Of a DNA stretch of 64,000 nucleotides, positions 36,314-44,803 are shown one piece after another. Below the pieces are notes generated by a model. That model was not told the DNA's origin. It did not search any database and saw only the letters and a program-made list of their open reading frames with translations. Positions within the stretch are counted from its first letter, which is position 1. Each line of letters starts with the position of its first letter. The position numbers and the translations under genes are program-made. The stretch comes from Acidimicrobiia bacterium (lineage in GTDB: Bacteria; Acidobacteriota; Vicinamibacteria; Vicinamibacterales; SCN-69-37): NCBI GenBank assembly GCA_045862915.1, contig BTVE01000011.1, positions 15,182 through 79,181 on the forward strand, read 5' to 3'.

Positions 36314-37261
36314 TCAGCCCTTAAACAGGACCCGCTCCAGCCGTCGGTGGTAACTGGTGAAGGGCCCTGAACCTTCATCGGCGTCGATGTGTTTGCGGAC
36401 CTGGTGGATCTTGGCATCCAGGTCGTCGACCGCCGCGAGGATGAACGCCTCGACGGTCATCGGCTCAACGGGTGAACCCAGGGCTTTGTTGCCGTGGTGC
36501 GAGAGGATGAGGTGCTCGATGTGTGTCCTGACGTCCGCCGGGAAATCGGGGATGCCGGCCGTTGTGTCGCGGACAAGCAACACCCCCATCGTGATGTGGC
36601 CGAGCAGGTTACCCTCGACGGAGTAATCCGTCGTCACGCCGTACGACAACTCCTGGAGTTTGCCGATGTCGTGCAGCACGGCGCCCGCGATCAGCAGGTC
36701 GCGGTTGGCCTGGTACGACGTGGCCAGATACGAGACGCCGTCGATGATCTTGAGCACGTGTTCAAGGAGGCCACCGCGATACGCGTGGTGCACGGCCTGT
36801 GCCGCCGGCCAGATGCGCAGCTGCTCGCCGTGCGCGTCAAGCACACGCTGCAGCAGCTCGCGGACGAAAGGTGACTCCACGCTAGCCACGTGTTGCTGCA
36901 GCTGCCGCCACATGTCGTCGATCGGCACGGGCGCACACGGAATGCAGTCTTCCTCACGAAAGCCGTCCAACGCGTCGCGCAGGGCGTCCACCCGGCGGAT
37001 GCGCTCCAGCACGAGTTCAAGTTTCTGGTTGAACAGGTTGCCGCGACCCTGGACCTTGACGAACTCGCCGGCGTCGAACTCATCCTTGAGCAACTCAACG
37101 TCCTGGAAGACCTTGGCCTTGATGTCGCCGGACGTGTCCTGCAATTCCAGCGCGAGGTAGACGCCGCTCTTGCCGGTTCGCACCTCCTTGCGCGCACACA
37201 AGAAAAATCCCCAGCCTGATGAGGCCGGACCAATATCGGCAATCCTGGGCAACGTCGCCAT
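36314..37261 (-). CDS. OB-fold + HD-domain phosphohydrolase (YhaM-like 3'-5' exoribonuclease family)
   Basis: The start is at the internal ATG (MATLPRIADIG). It has an OB-fold (ALELQDTSGDIKAKVF...FVKVQG) and HD motifs (LLEHVLK, AVLHDIGK, LILSHHG). The 100-codon upstream extension in the ORF track is not homologous-looking. Confidence 0.75.
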   Translation of the reverse strand: MATLPRIADIGPASSGWGFFLCARKEVRTGKSGVYLALELQDTSGDIKAKVFQDVELLKDEFDAGEFVKVQGRGNLFNQKLELVLERIRRVDALRDALDGFREEDCIPCAPVPIDDMWRQLQQHVASVESPFVRELLQRVLDAHGEQLRIWPAAQAVHHAYRGGLLEHVLKIIDGVSYLATSYQANRDLLIAGAVLHDIGKLQELSYGVTTDYSVEGNLLGHITMGVLLVRDTTAGIPDFPADVRTHIEHLILSHHGNKALGSPVEPMTVEAFILAAVDDLDAKIHQVRKHIDADEGSGPFTSYHRRLERVLFKG

Positions 37262-37282
37262 GCTCTGCGAGTGTAATGCGGG

Positions 37283-38836
37283 ATGGTAAGGTGTACTCGG
37301 TTTTCCGTGACTGGCACCCTCGGCAACAACGCCTTCCTGAACTACTTCACCGGAGTGCGGGCCGGCGTGTACATCGGTCTGCTCGGCGATGAGGAGACCG
37401 CAACGCTTGCGGCCAATCCGTTTCTCCGGCTGATGTTTGGGTGGGACGAACACGTGGACTCTGCCGTCGTCCGACCGTTTGATGCGGATCGTTTTGTGGA
37501 CCCGCAGGCGCGTGAAGGCTTCCTGGCTCGCCTGCGCCGCGACGGTGCCGCGCAGGATCACCTGTTGCGTCTGCGCCGTGTCGACGGCACGGGATTCTGG
37601 CTGGAAGTCACCGCACGCGCGGAAGTGATCTCGAGTGAAGGTGGCGTGCTGCGCGTCGAAGCGCTGATGCGCGACGTCACCGAGCGCAAGAAGCTTGAAG
37701 ATCAGTCACGCGACGTCCTTCACGAACTCTCGCAGGCCGAAAAACTCGCGGCACTGGGCCAGACGATGAGCGGTGTCGCGCACGAGCTCAACAATCCACT
37801 CGCGACCATCCTCGCCTGCGCGGAACGCCTCGCCGGTCGGAGGCATGACGACTCGACCAGGCGCGATCTCGATGCGATTCACAACGCCGCAGAACGCGCC
37901 GCGCGCATCGTGCGTAACCTGCAGACGTTCGCGCGCAAGCGGCATACGACCCGCACGATGGTCGACGTCAACCAGGTCGTCCGCGACACACTCGCACTGC
38001 GATCCTACGAACAACGTGTCTCGAACGTCACGATCATCGAGGCGCTGGCGGCCGGTCTGCCGCCGGTCTTCGCCGACCCGCACCAGATTCAACAGGTGCT
38101 CCTCAATCTGATCATCAACGCCGAACACGCGATGATTGGCGCGCACGGCCGCGGCCTGCTGGTACTGCGGTCGTGGCACGAACCCGACCGCGACGCCGTC
38201 CTGCTCGAGGTCTGTGATGACGGCCCGGGGATCCCGGACGAGGTGCAGCAGAAGATCTTCGATCCCTTCTTCACGACAAAAGCCGTCGGCAAGGGCACGG
38301 GCCTGGGCCTCACGGTGGCGTACGCGATCGTGCAGGAACATGGGGGCCGGATCTCGGTGAGTTCCCCCGCCGGCGGTGGCGCGGCGTTTGTCCTCGAGTT
38401 GCCATCCGGAGGTTCACCGGTGCGTGCAGCCGCCCCGGCGTCGACGCTCGCGCCCGCCGCTGCCGTCCCAGTGGGGACACGCGCGCTGGTGGTCGAAGAC
38501 GAGGAGGCGCTGGGCGAAGCGGTGGCCGACGCGTTGCGCGATGCGGGGTTTGATGTGGACCGCGCGCGTGACGGCGAAGAGGCGATCGAACGCGTGCAGT
38601 CACGCGCCTACGATGTGATCGTGTGCGACCTGAAGATGCCGCGTGTGGATGGCATGGCGTTTTTTGCGCACCTGGCCGGCACGGCGCCGGCGCTGACCAG
38701 GCGCCTGGTCTTTGTCACCGGCGATGTCGCCGGGACGGAGGCCGAACAGTTCCTCGAACGCAGCGGATGTCGATGGCTCGCCAAGCCATTTCGACTGCGC
38801 GACCTCGTGCACGCGGCGCGCGAAACGATCCGTTAG
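37283..38836 (+). CDS. Hybrid sensor histidine kinase (PAS-HisKA-HATPase-REC), no HPt domain
   Basis: 517 aa. H-box is GVAHELNNPLATI. N/G boxes are LLNLIINAEHAM, DDGPGIP and GTGLGLTVAY. The receiver is LVVEDEEA...DVIVCDLKMPRVDG...KPF. Confidence 0.85.
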   Translation: MVRCTRFSVTGTLGNNAFLNYFTGVRAGVYIGLLGDEETATLAANPFLRLMFGWDEHVDSAVVRPFDADRFVDPQAREGFLARLRRDGAAQDHLLRLRRVDGTGFWLEVTARAEVISSEGGVLRVEALMRDVTERKKLEDQSRDVLHELSQAEKLAALGQTMSGVAHELNNPLATILACAERLAGRRHDDSTRRDLDAIHNAAERAARIVRNLQTFARKRHTTRTMVDVNQVVRDTLALRSYEQRVSNVTIIEALAAGLPPVFADPHQIQQVLLNLIINAEHAMIGAHGRGLLVLRSWHEPDRDAVLLEVCDDGPGIPDEVQQKIFDPFFTTKAVGKGTGLGLTVAYAIVQEHGGRISVSSPAGGGAAFVLELPSGGSPVRAAAPASTLAPAAAVPVGTRALVVEDEEALGEAVADALRDAGFDVDRARDGEEAIERVQSRAYDVIVCDLKMPRVDGMAFFAHLAGTAPALTRRLVFVTGDVAGTEAEQFLERSGCRWLAKPFRLRDLVHAARETIR

Positions 38837-38843
38837 CGGGCCT

Positions 38844-39599
38844 TCAGGCGACCGCCTGGCGGCGGAACGGCACGACGTCGGCGGTCGAGGGTTTCGGTTC
38901 CATCGCCTTGCGCAATCGGGAAACCGCGCGGGCATGCAACTGCGACACGCGTGATTCGTTCACGCCGATCTCCTTGCCGATCTCCTTCATCGTGGCGCCG
39001 CGGAAGTAGTACATCGTGATCAGCTTGCGCTCGCGTGCGGGCAGTGTGGCCAGGGCTGCGCGAATCCTGTCTTTGAGTTCGCGCTGTTCAAACTCCTGAT
39101 CCGGCGCGGGCGGCTCGCTGGGCACCAGCACGGCAGGCAACGTGGCACTGTCGATGGTGTCGAGATTCGCCAGCGGGGACGTGGACTCGATCGTGTTGAT
39201 GCGGAGAATCGTGCGTTCAAGCCTCGCCTGATCCGTACCGACACGTTTCGCCAGGTCGGCGAGCGTGGGTTCGGCGCCAAGTTCACGGCGCAAGGCTTCA
39301 CGCGCGGCTTCCAGCTCGCGGCGGACGCGGCGCACACCGCGCGGCCAGGCGTCCCGGCGCAACGCGTCGATCATGGCGCCTCTGACGCGGCGCTCGGCAA
39401 ACGTCTCGAACTTGATGCCGCGTTCGGCCTCAAAGCGATTGGCGGCGTCGATGAGCCCAATGACACCGTCCTGCACGAGGTCAGACACATCAATCGAATG
39501 GGGCATCGTCGATGCCATTCGTCGTGCGAGAGACTCGACAAAGGGCAGGGTCGCGACGACCCGATCGTGCTGATGACTGGCCAACTGCGCGCGCGCCAT
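38844..39599 (-). CDS. FliA/WhiG-family (sigma-28-type) RNA polymerase sigma factor
   Basis: 251 aa from the internal ATG (MARAQLAS). Region 2 is DLVQDGVIGLIDAANRFEAERGIKFETFAERRVRGAMIDALRRDAWPRGVRR. Region 4.2 is TMKEIGKEIGVNESRVSQLHARAV. A GGAGG lies 4 nt upstream of the ATG. Confidence 0.85.
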   Translation of the reverse strand: MARAQLASHQHDRVVATLPFVESLARRMASTMPHSIDVSDLVQDGVIGLIDAANRFEAERGIKFETFAERRVRGAMIDALRRDAWPRGVRRVRRELEAAREALRRELGAEPTLADLAKRVGTDQARLERTILRINTIESTSPLANLDTIDSATLPAVLVPSEPPAPDQEFEQRELKDRIRAALATLPARERKLITMYYFRGATMKEIGKEIGVNESRVSQLHARAVSRLRKAMEPKPSTADVVPFRRQAVA

Positions 39600-39648
39600 G
39601 AAACCTCCAGGACGCCAACAGCCAAGTGCTGCGGCACTACCTGTAAAG

Positions 39649-39664
39649 GCAACTCGGATGCCAA
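39649..39664 (-). promoter_or_regulatory. Candidate sigma54 (-24/-12) promoter for the FliA-family sigma gene
   Basis: The minus strand reads TGGCAT-CCGAG-TTGCC (consensus TGGCAC-N5-TTGCW), with correct GG/GC spacing. The -12 element lies ~50 nt upstream of the ATG at 39599. Confidence 0.45.
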
Positions 39665-39740
39665 GTCTTGGCACACGCACACCTTCGGCGGCTCTGACGG
39701 ACTAAGCCTCTATTTTTCAGTTATTTACAGGCAATGTCAT

Positions 39741-39777
39741 GGTGTGCAACCGTGTGCAATCGCGTGTGGGATCGTGT
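39741..39777. promoter_or_regulatory. Phased direct repeats (possible upstream activator sites)
   Basis: GGTGTGCAAC CGTGTGCAAT CGCGTGTGGGAT CGTGTCGA. The SGTGT cores occur at 39741, 39751, 39762 and 39773 (10-11 bp phasing), 80-125 bp upstream of the putative -24/-12 element. Confidence 0.3.
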
Positions 39778-39816
39778 CGAAATGGTCAGTTCCGTGACGT
39801 TTTGACAGGCTCCAAG

Positions 39817-40059
39817 TCAAACGCTTGACACTCCACCTCGGGTTGCCATCGCCGCGTTTTGCCGAATCTGGTGGGACGTCTGGATGGCCTCAAGTGCACT
39901 GGCCACCACTTGCCCGGCTCGCGCGCGATGCTGCGGCTCTTCGAGCCGGTGTTCCAGCAGTTCGGCGTTGGCCAGGATGATCCCGAGGTGATTGTTGAGC
40001 TGATGAAACAGGAGGGCAAGGTCCTGTTCGGCCCGCGACACGGCCGGCGGGGTCGTCAT
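39817..40059 (-). CDS. ~80-aa stand-alone DHp/H-box-like protein (histidine-kinase dimerisation-helix only)
   Basis: MTTPPAVSRAEQDLALLFHQLNNHLGIILANAELLEHRL... mimics the H-box helix of HisKA domains (compare AHELNNPLATILACAERL in the kinase at 37283). It has high GC3 and AAGGTG 6 nt upstream of the ATG at 40059. The ORF track starts 9 nt earlier, at a GTG. Confidence 0.5.
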   Translation of the reverse strand: MTTPPAVSRAEQDLALLFHQLNNHLGIILANAELLEHRLEEPQHRARAGQVVASALEAIQTSHQIRQNAAMATRGGVSSV

Positions 40060-40069
40060 GGAAAACACC

Positions 40070-40285
40070 TTAGGCGCTCTTGTGCAATTCGTATGGCGCG
40101 TGCGCGGATTCCGTCATGGGTGGCGGCACGTCCCGCCACAAGGTATCGACAAAGATGCGGACCGAGCCGCCGGCTGTCCTGACGTATTGCACCTTGCCGC
40201 TCGACATCCAGTTATAAATCGTGCGCCGGCTGACGCCGACCACATCACACGCGCGGGGAATTGATACGGTCTTCCGCTCAAGCAT
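40070..40285 (-). CDS. Excisionase/MerR-superfamily helix-turn-helix DNA-binding protein (~71 aa)
   Basis: MLERKTVSIPRACDVVGVSRRTIYNWMSSGKVQYVRTAGGSVRIF is the typical Xis-type HTH_17 pattern. The start was taken at the internal ATG. Confidence 0.65.
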   Translation of the reverse strand: MLERKTVSIPRACDVVGVSRRTIYNWMSSGKVQYVRTAGGSVRIFVDTLWRDVPPPMTESAHAPYELHKSA

Positions 40286-40353
40286 ACGTCGGGAACTATC
40301 GGCGCCCCTTGAGCGGAACTGTAGTGTGATGTCAAGATACCGGCGCCAAAGAA

Positions 40354-41748
<1,395 letters not shown>

Positions 41749-41750
41749 TC

Positions 41751-42113
41751 ATGGCCACCCCTACCGCCTGCTGGATCATTCTGGTTGGGACGGTCCCCAC
41801 CGCGTTCCGCGCGAAGACCCGCGACGAGTTGCTGCCGACGTTCCGTCAACTGCAGCGCAGACAGCCGGATGTCATGCTGCGGTGGTTTGAACACGGCAAG
41901 GTGTGGGAATCGCCCGACGCGGCGAAGGCGGCGATCCTGCTGGCACGCACGGAGGCGCGCGAGAAACGGCGGCCCGCCGAACCGCGCGGGAAGGAGTGGC
42001 GGCCCGGCGGATCACACAGGGATCCGAATGCGCGGCCCACAGTGCCGCGCGACGTCAAACGTGCGCGGTTCAAGAGCAATCTCATCCGCCGCAAAACCAG
42101 CGGCAGAGGTTAG
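41751..42113 (+). CDS. Hypothetical small protein with a highly basic C-terminal tail, coupled to the sigma54 activator
   Basis: 120 aa, with the ATG 2 nt after the activator stop. It has an N-terminal compact region (CWIILVGTVPTAFRAKTRDELLPTFRQLQ) and an Arg/Lys-rich tail. Its end overlaps the convergent dusB stop by 4 bp. Confidence 0.5.
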   Translation: MATPTACWIILVGTVPTAFRAKTRDELLPTFRQLQRRQPDVMLRWFEHGKVWESPDAAKAAILLARTEAREKRRPAEPRGKEWRPGGSHRDPNARPTVPRDVKRARFKSNLIRRKTSGRG

Positions 42114-43147
42114 ATTCGGAAGAAGTCCTGCAACAGCTGCCGCAGCTCGGGGATGGACTTCGCCGAGTTGATCGACACGCGCAACTGCGCACCGCCGTCC
42201 AGTCCCTTCGTGTACCACGCCCCAAGCGCCCGCAGCTTGTTGATCACCCAGCGCTCGCGCCCTTTGGCTTCGGGTGGCGGACCGGCATCATGCCCGGGCG
42301 CCGTATGCCGGAATCCGGCAGCCTCGTCCACACGGTCATCGAGCAGCAGCTGCATGTAGTCGAGCAGGAACTGCCCGCGGGCTTCCAGTGAGACGTCTAC
42401 GGGATGGTGGCCAGCGGCGGCATCAGCCGACTGCTTGAAGATCCAGGGATTCCGCAGGGCTCCGCGACCAACAAGTACGCCGCCAACACCGGTCGAGCGC
42501 AGGCGCTCGACCACCTGATCGGGCTCGACACAGTCGCCCGAGCCGAGCACGGGAATGGTCACTTCACGCGAGACCCGGTCGATCAACGACCAGTCTGACT
42601 CGCCGGAATAACTCTGCGCGGCAGTCCGACCGTGTACGGCGACGGCAGCCGCGCCCGCATCCTGCGCCATACGCGCCAGCGTCGGCGCATTGATCTGCTG
42701 TTCGTTCCAGCCGGCGCGCATCTTGACGGTGACCGGAATCTTCACCGCCTTGGCCATGGCGCTGATGATGGACGCGGCGTGTGACGGCTCGCGCATCAGG
42801 CTGCAGCCCGCGTTGTGTTTGGCGATCTTCGGCACCGGACATCCCATGTTGATGTCGACAATGTCGGCGCCCATGCCTTCGACAATCTGCGCAGCGTCGG
42901 CCATCTTCGCGGGATCACCGCCGAAGATCTGAATCGAGACGGGCCGCTCTTCTTCGGTGTATTCGGCGTACTCAAGCGTGCGGTCAATGCCGCGCACGAG
43001 GCCTTCCGAACTCACCATCTCGGTGACCACGAGCCCGCAGCCGCCTTGACGTTTGACCAGGCGCCGAAACGCGGTGTCGGTCATGCCGGCCATTGGAGCC
43101 ATGGCGACCGGGTGGTCCAGTGAAACGGATCCGATTTTTACAGGCAT
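42110..43147 (-). CDS. dusB: tRNA-dihydrouridine synthase
   Basis: 345 aa. Motifs: VAMAPMAGMTDTAFRRL, DINMGCPVPKI, AVAVHGRT, and IPVLGSGD. Confidence 0.88.
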   Translation of the reverse strand: MPVKIGSVSLDHPVAMAPMAGMTDTAFRRLVKRQGGCGLVVTEMVSSEGLVRGIDRTLEYAEYTEEERPVSIQIFGGDPAKMADAAQIVEGMGADIVDINMGCPVPKIAKHNAGCSLMREPSHAASIISAMAKAVKIPVTVKMRAGWNEQQINAPTLARMAQDAGAAAVAVHGRTAAQSYSGESDWSLIDRVSREVTIPVLGSGDCVEPDQVVERLRSTGVGGVLVGRGALRNPWIFKQSADAAAGHHPVDVSLEARGQFLLDYMQLLLDDRVDEAAGFRHTAPGHDAGPPPEAKGRERWVINKLRALGAWYTKGLDGGAQLRVSINSAKSIPELRQLLQDFFRI

Positions 43148-43156
43148 GGCATTCCG

Positions 43157-43660
43157 TCAATACGCGCGCACATCGGCCGCATCCACTTCCACCGACACAC
43201 CCTGACCGATCAAGTCGACCGACAGGACCAGGCGCGCGTGCGCGCCCTTTCTGACGAGACGGCCGTTCACCCCTTTGAGCGGGCCGTGCACCACTTCGAC
43301 GCGATCACCCTCGTTGATGAGCGGGCACGGGTCGTACTGCAGGTCGGTCTCCACCAGCTGGCGAATCCCGGCGAGTTCGTGTTCGGGAATCGGTGCCGGT
43401 GCGCCGTTGAAGGACACGATGCTGACCGCACCGGTGCACTTCAGTACGGGCACACGTTGGTCAGACGTGAACTTCGCAAAGCAGTAACCCGGGAACAACG
43501 GCCAGACCACCTGCTTCTTCCGGTCCTTCCAACGGCTCCACTTGGTGATCGTCGGGAGGAAAACGTCGATGCCTTTTTGCTCGAGCTGCTGTCGGACGAC
43601 CTGTTCGTGGCGCGAACGGGTCCAGATGGCGTACCACGCCGCAGGGTCAGGACCGTGCAC
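43157..43660 (-). CDS. NusG-paralogue (RfaH/UpxY-like) transcription antitermination protein
   Basis: 167 aa with an NGN domain (WYAIWTRSRHEQVVRQQLEQKGIDVFLP...LFPGYCFAKF) and a KOW motif (GDRVEVVHGPLKGVNGRLV). Confidence 0.8.
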   Translation of the reverse strand: MHGPDPAAWYAIWTRSRHEQVVRQQLEQKGIDVFLPTITKWSRWKDRKKQVVWPLFPGYCFAKFTSDQRVPVLKCTGAVSIVSFNGAPAPIPEHELAGIRQLVETDLQYDPCPLINEGDRVEVVHGPLKGVNGRLVRKGAHARLVLSVDLIGQGVSVEVDAADVRAY

Positions 43661-43669
43661 GATGCGCCC

Positions 43670-44803
43670 TCAGTTCTGGGCTTTCTTCTTCGACGCGCGA
43701 TACTGCTCGTACATCTGCTTCAGCTCATCATCTTTCCACTCGATGATGGCCTGCTCGCGCATGTCGTCAAGATACGCGGCCATCATGACCTCGCCGCGCT
43801 CCTGGTAGATCTTGCCCGCGATTTCATTGCGCACCTGATCAAAAGGCCGCGGTTCCGAATCCGTGCGTGACTCCACCTTCAACAGCTGGTACCCCTTTGC
43901 TGTGCGGAGCGGCTGATCGATTTCGCCCGTCTTCAGGCCGGAGAGACGTTGCCGCAGCGACTCTGCCAGCTCGTTGAGGTTGATAGGGCCAATGAGGCCA
44001 CCGTTGGCCTTTGAGCCGGACTCGGAGTATTCGTTCACCAGCGCGGCGAAGTCTTCGCCCTTGAGCGCCCTCTCGCGCGCCTGTGTGATCTTTGCGAGCG
44101 CCGCTTCGTCCGCGGCGACTGTCGAACCTGTCGCACCGTCGCGCACTTCCGTCGGAACCGCCACAAAAATCTCGCGCAACGTGACCATGGGCGCAGTCAG
44201 GAACTCATCGGGGTGCGCGCGGTAGTACTGACGCGCTTCTTCCTCGGTGAGCGTCATGTTGCGCATGATCTCGTTCTGCTGAATGGCCTGCACCAGGAAG
44301 GTGCGCTCGATCTGCGCCCGCAACGTCTCCATGGTCAGGCCCTGCTGTCCCATGGCGACCTTGAGCTGTTCGTCGGTGAGCTGATTTTCTTTCTTGATGT
44401 TCTCGACGTACGAGTTGAACTGCTCGTCGGACATCTTGTAGCCGAGGTCGCGCGCGCGCTGAATGATGATCAGCTGGTCGACTGCGGTGTCGAGGATCTG
44501 CGGCGTGACTTCGATGAGGATCCCGCGCAGGGACTCGTCGTTCTGCAGATCCAGCTGCGACAACGTCTTCTGATTGCGCGCCTGCAGGGCTTCGATCTGC
44601 AGCTCCTCAAGCTCGGTCTTGGTGAACACCGCGCCGTTGACCTTGACCAGCACGCGCTGCAGTACTACCGGGCGACTTGATCTCGGCGCCTGCTCCTGCT
44701 GCCGCGCCGACACGACGCCGGACAACAGCACGACCATTGCCACACCACCCGCAATCCACTGCCTCATAGATCTGATCCTACCCTTCTTGCCCTTCGTGCT
44801 CAC
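43670..44803 (-). CDS. SurA-like periplasmic chaperone / parvulin-type peptidyl-prolyl isomerase
   Basis: 377 aa with a signal peptide, a SurA_N-like helical region, and a PpiC domain (GEDFAALVNEYSESGSKANGGLIGPI...GYQLLKVESR). Confidence 0.8.
   Translation of the reverse strand: MSTKGKKGRIRSMRQWIAGGVAMVVLLSGVVSARQQEQAPRSSRPVVLQRVLVKVNGAVFTKTELEELQIEALQARNQKTLSQLDLQNDESLRGILIEVTPQILDTAVDQLIIIQRARDLGYKMSDEQFNSYVENIKKENQLTDEQLKVAMGQQGLTMETLRAQIERTFLVQAIQQNEIMRNMTLTEEEARQYYRAHPDEFLTAPMVTLREIFVAVPTEVRDGATGSTVAADEAALAKITQARERALKGEDFAALVNEYSESGSKANGGLIGPINLNELAESLRQRLSGLKTGEIDQPLRTAKGYQLLKVESRTDSEPRPFDQVRNEIAGKIYQERGEVMMAAYLDDMREQAIIEWKDDELKQMYEQYRASKKKAQN

Noticed and set aside
37262-37561. 100-codon N-terminal extension of the OB/HD ORF
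   Set aside because: It would overlap the histidine kinase gene on the other strand. The OB-fold begins right after the internal ATG at 37261.
39600-39680. 27-codon extension of the sigma-factor ORF
   Set aside because: The internal ATG at 39599 has a GGAGG in front of it. The extension would run over the putative promoter leader.
39669-39684. Plus-strand TGGCAC-ACGCA-CACC resembling a sigma54 -24 element
   Set aside because: The -12 position lacks the TTGC/GC element. No plus-strand gene lies downstream for ~670 bp.
40286-40353. Perfect TTGACA on the minus strand in the HTH/NtrC divergent spacer, as a sigma70 -35 box
   Set aside because: There is no acceptable -10 hexamer at 16-18 bp spacing downstream of it, so I do not call a promoter.
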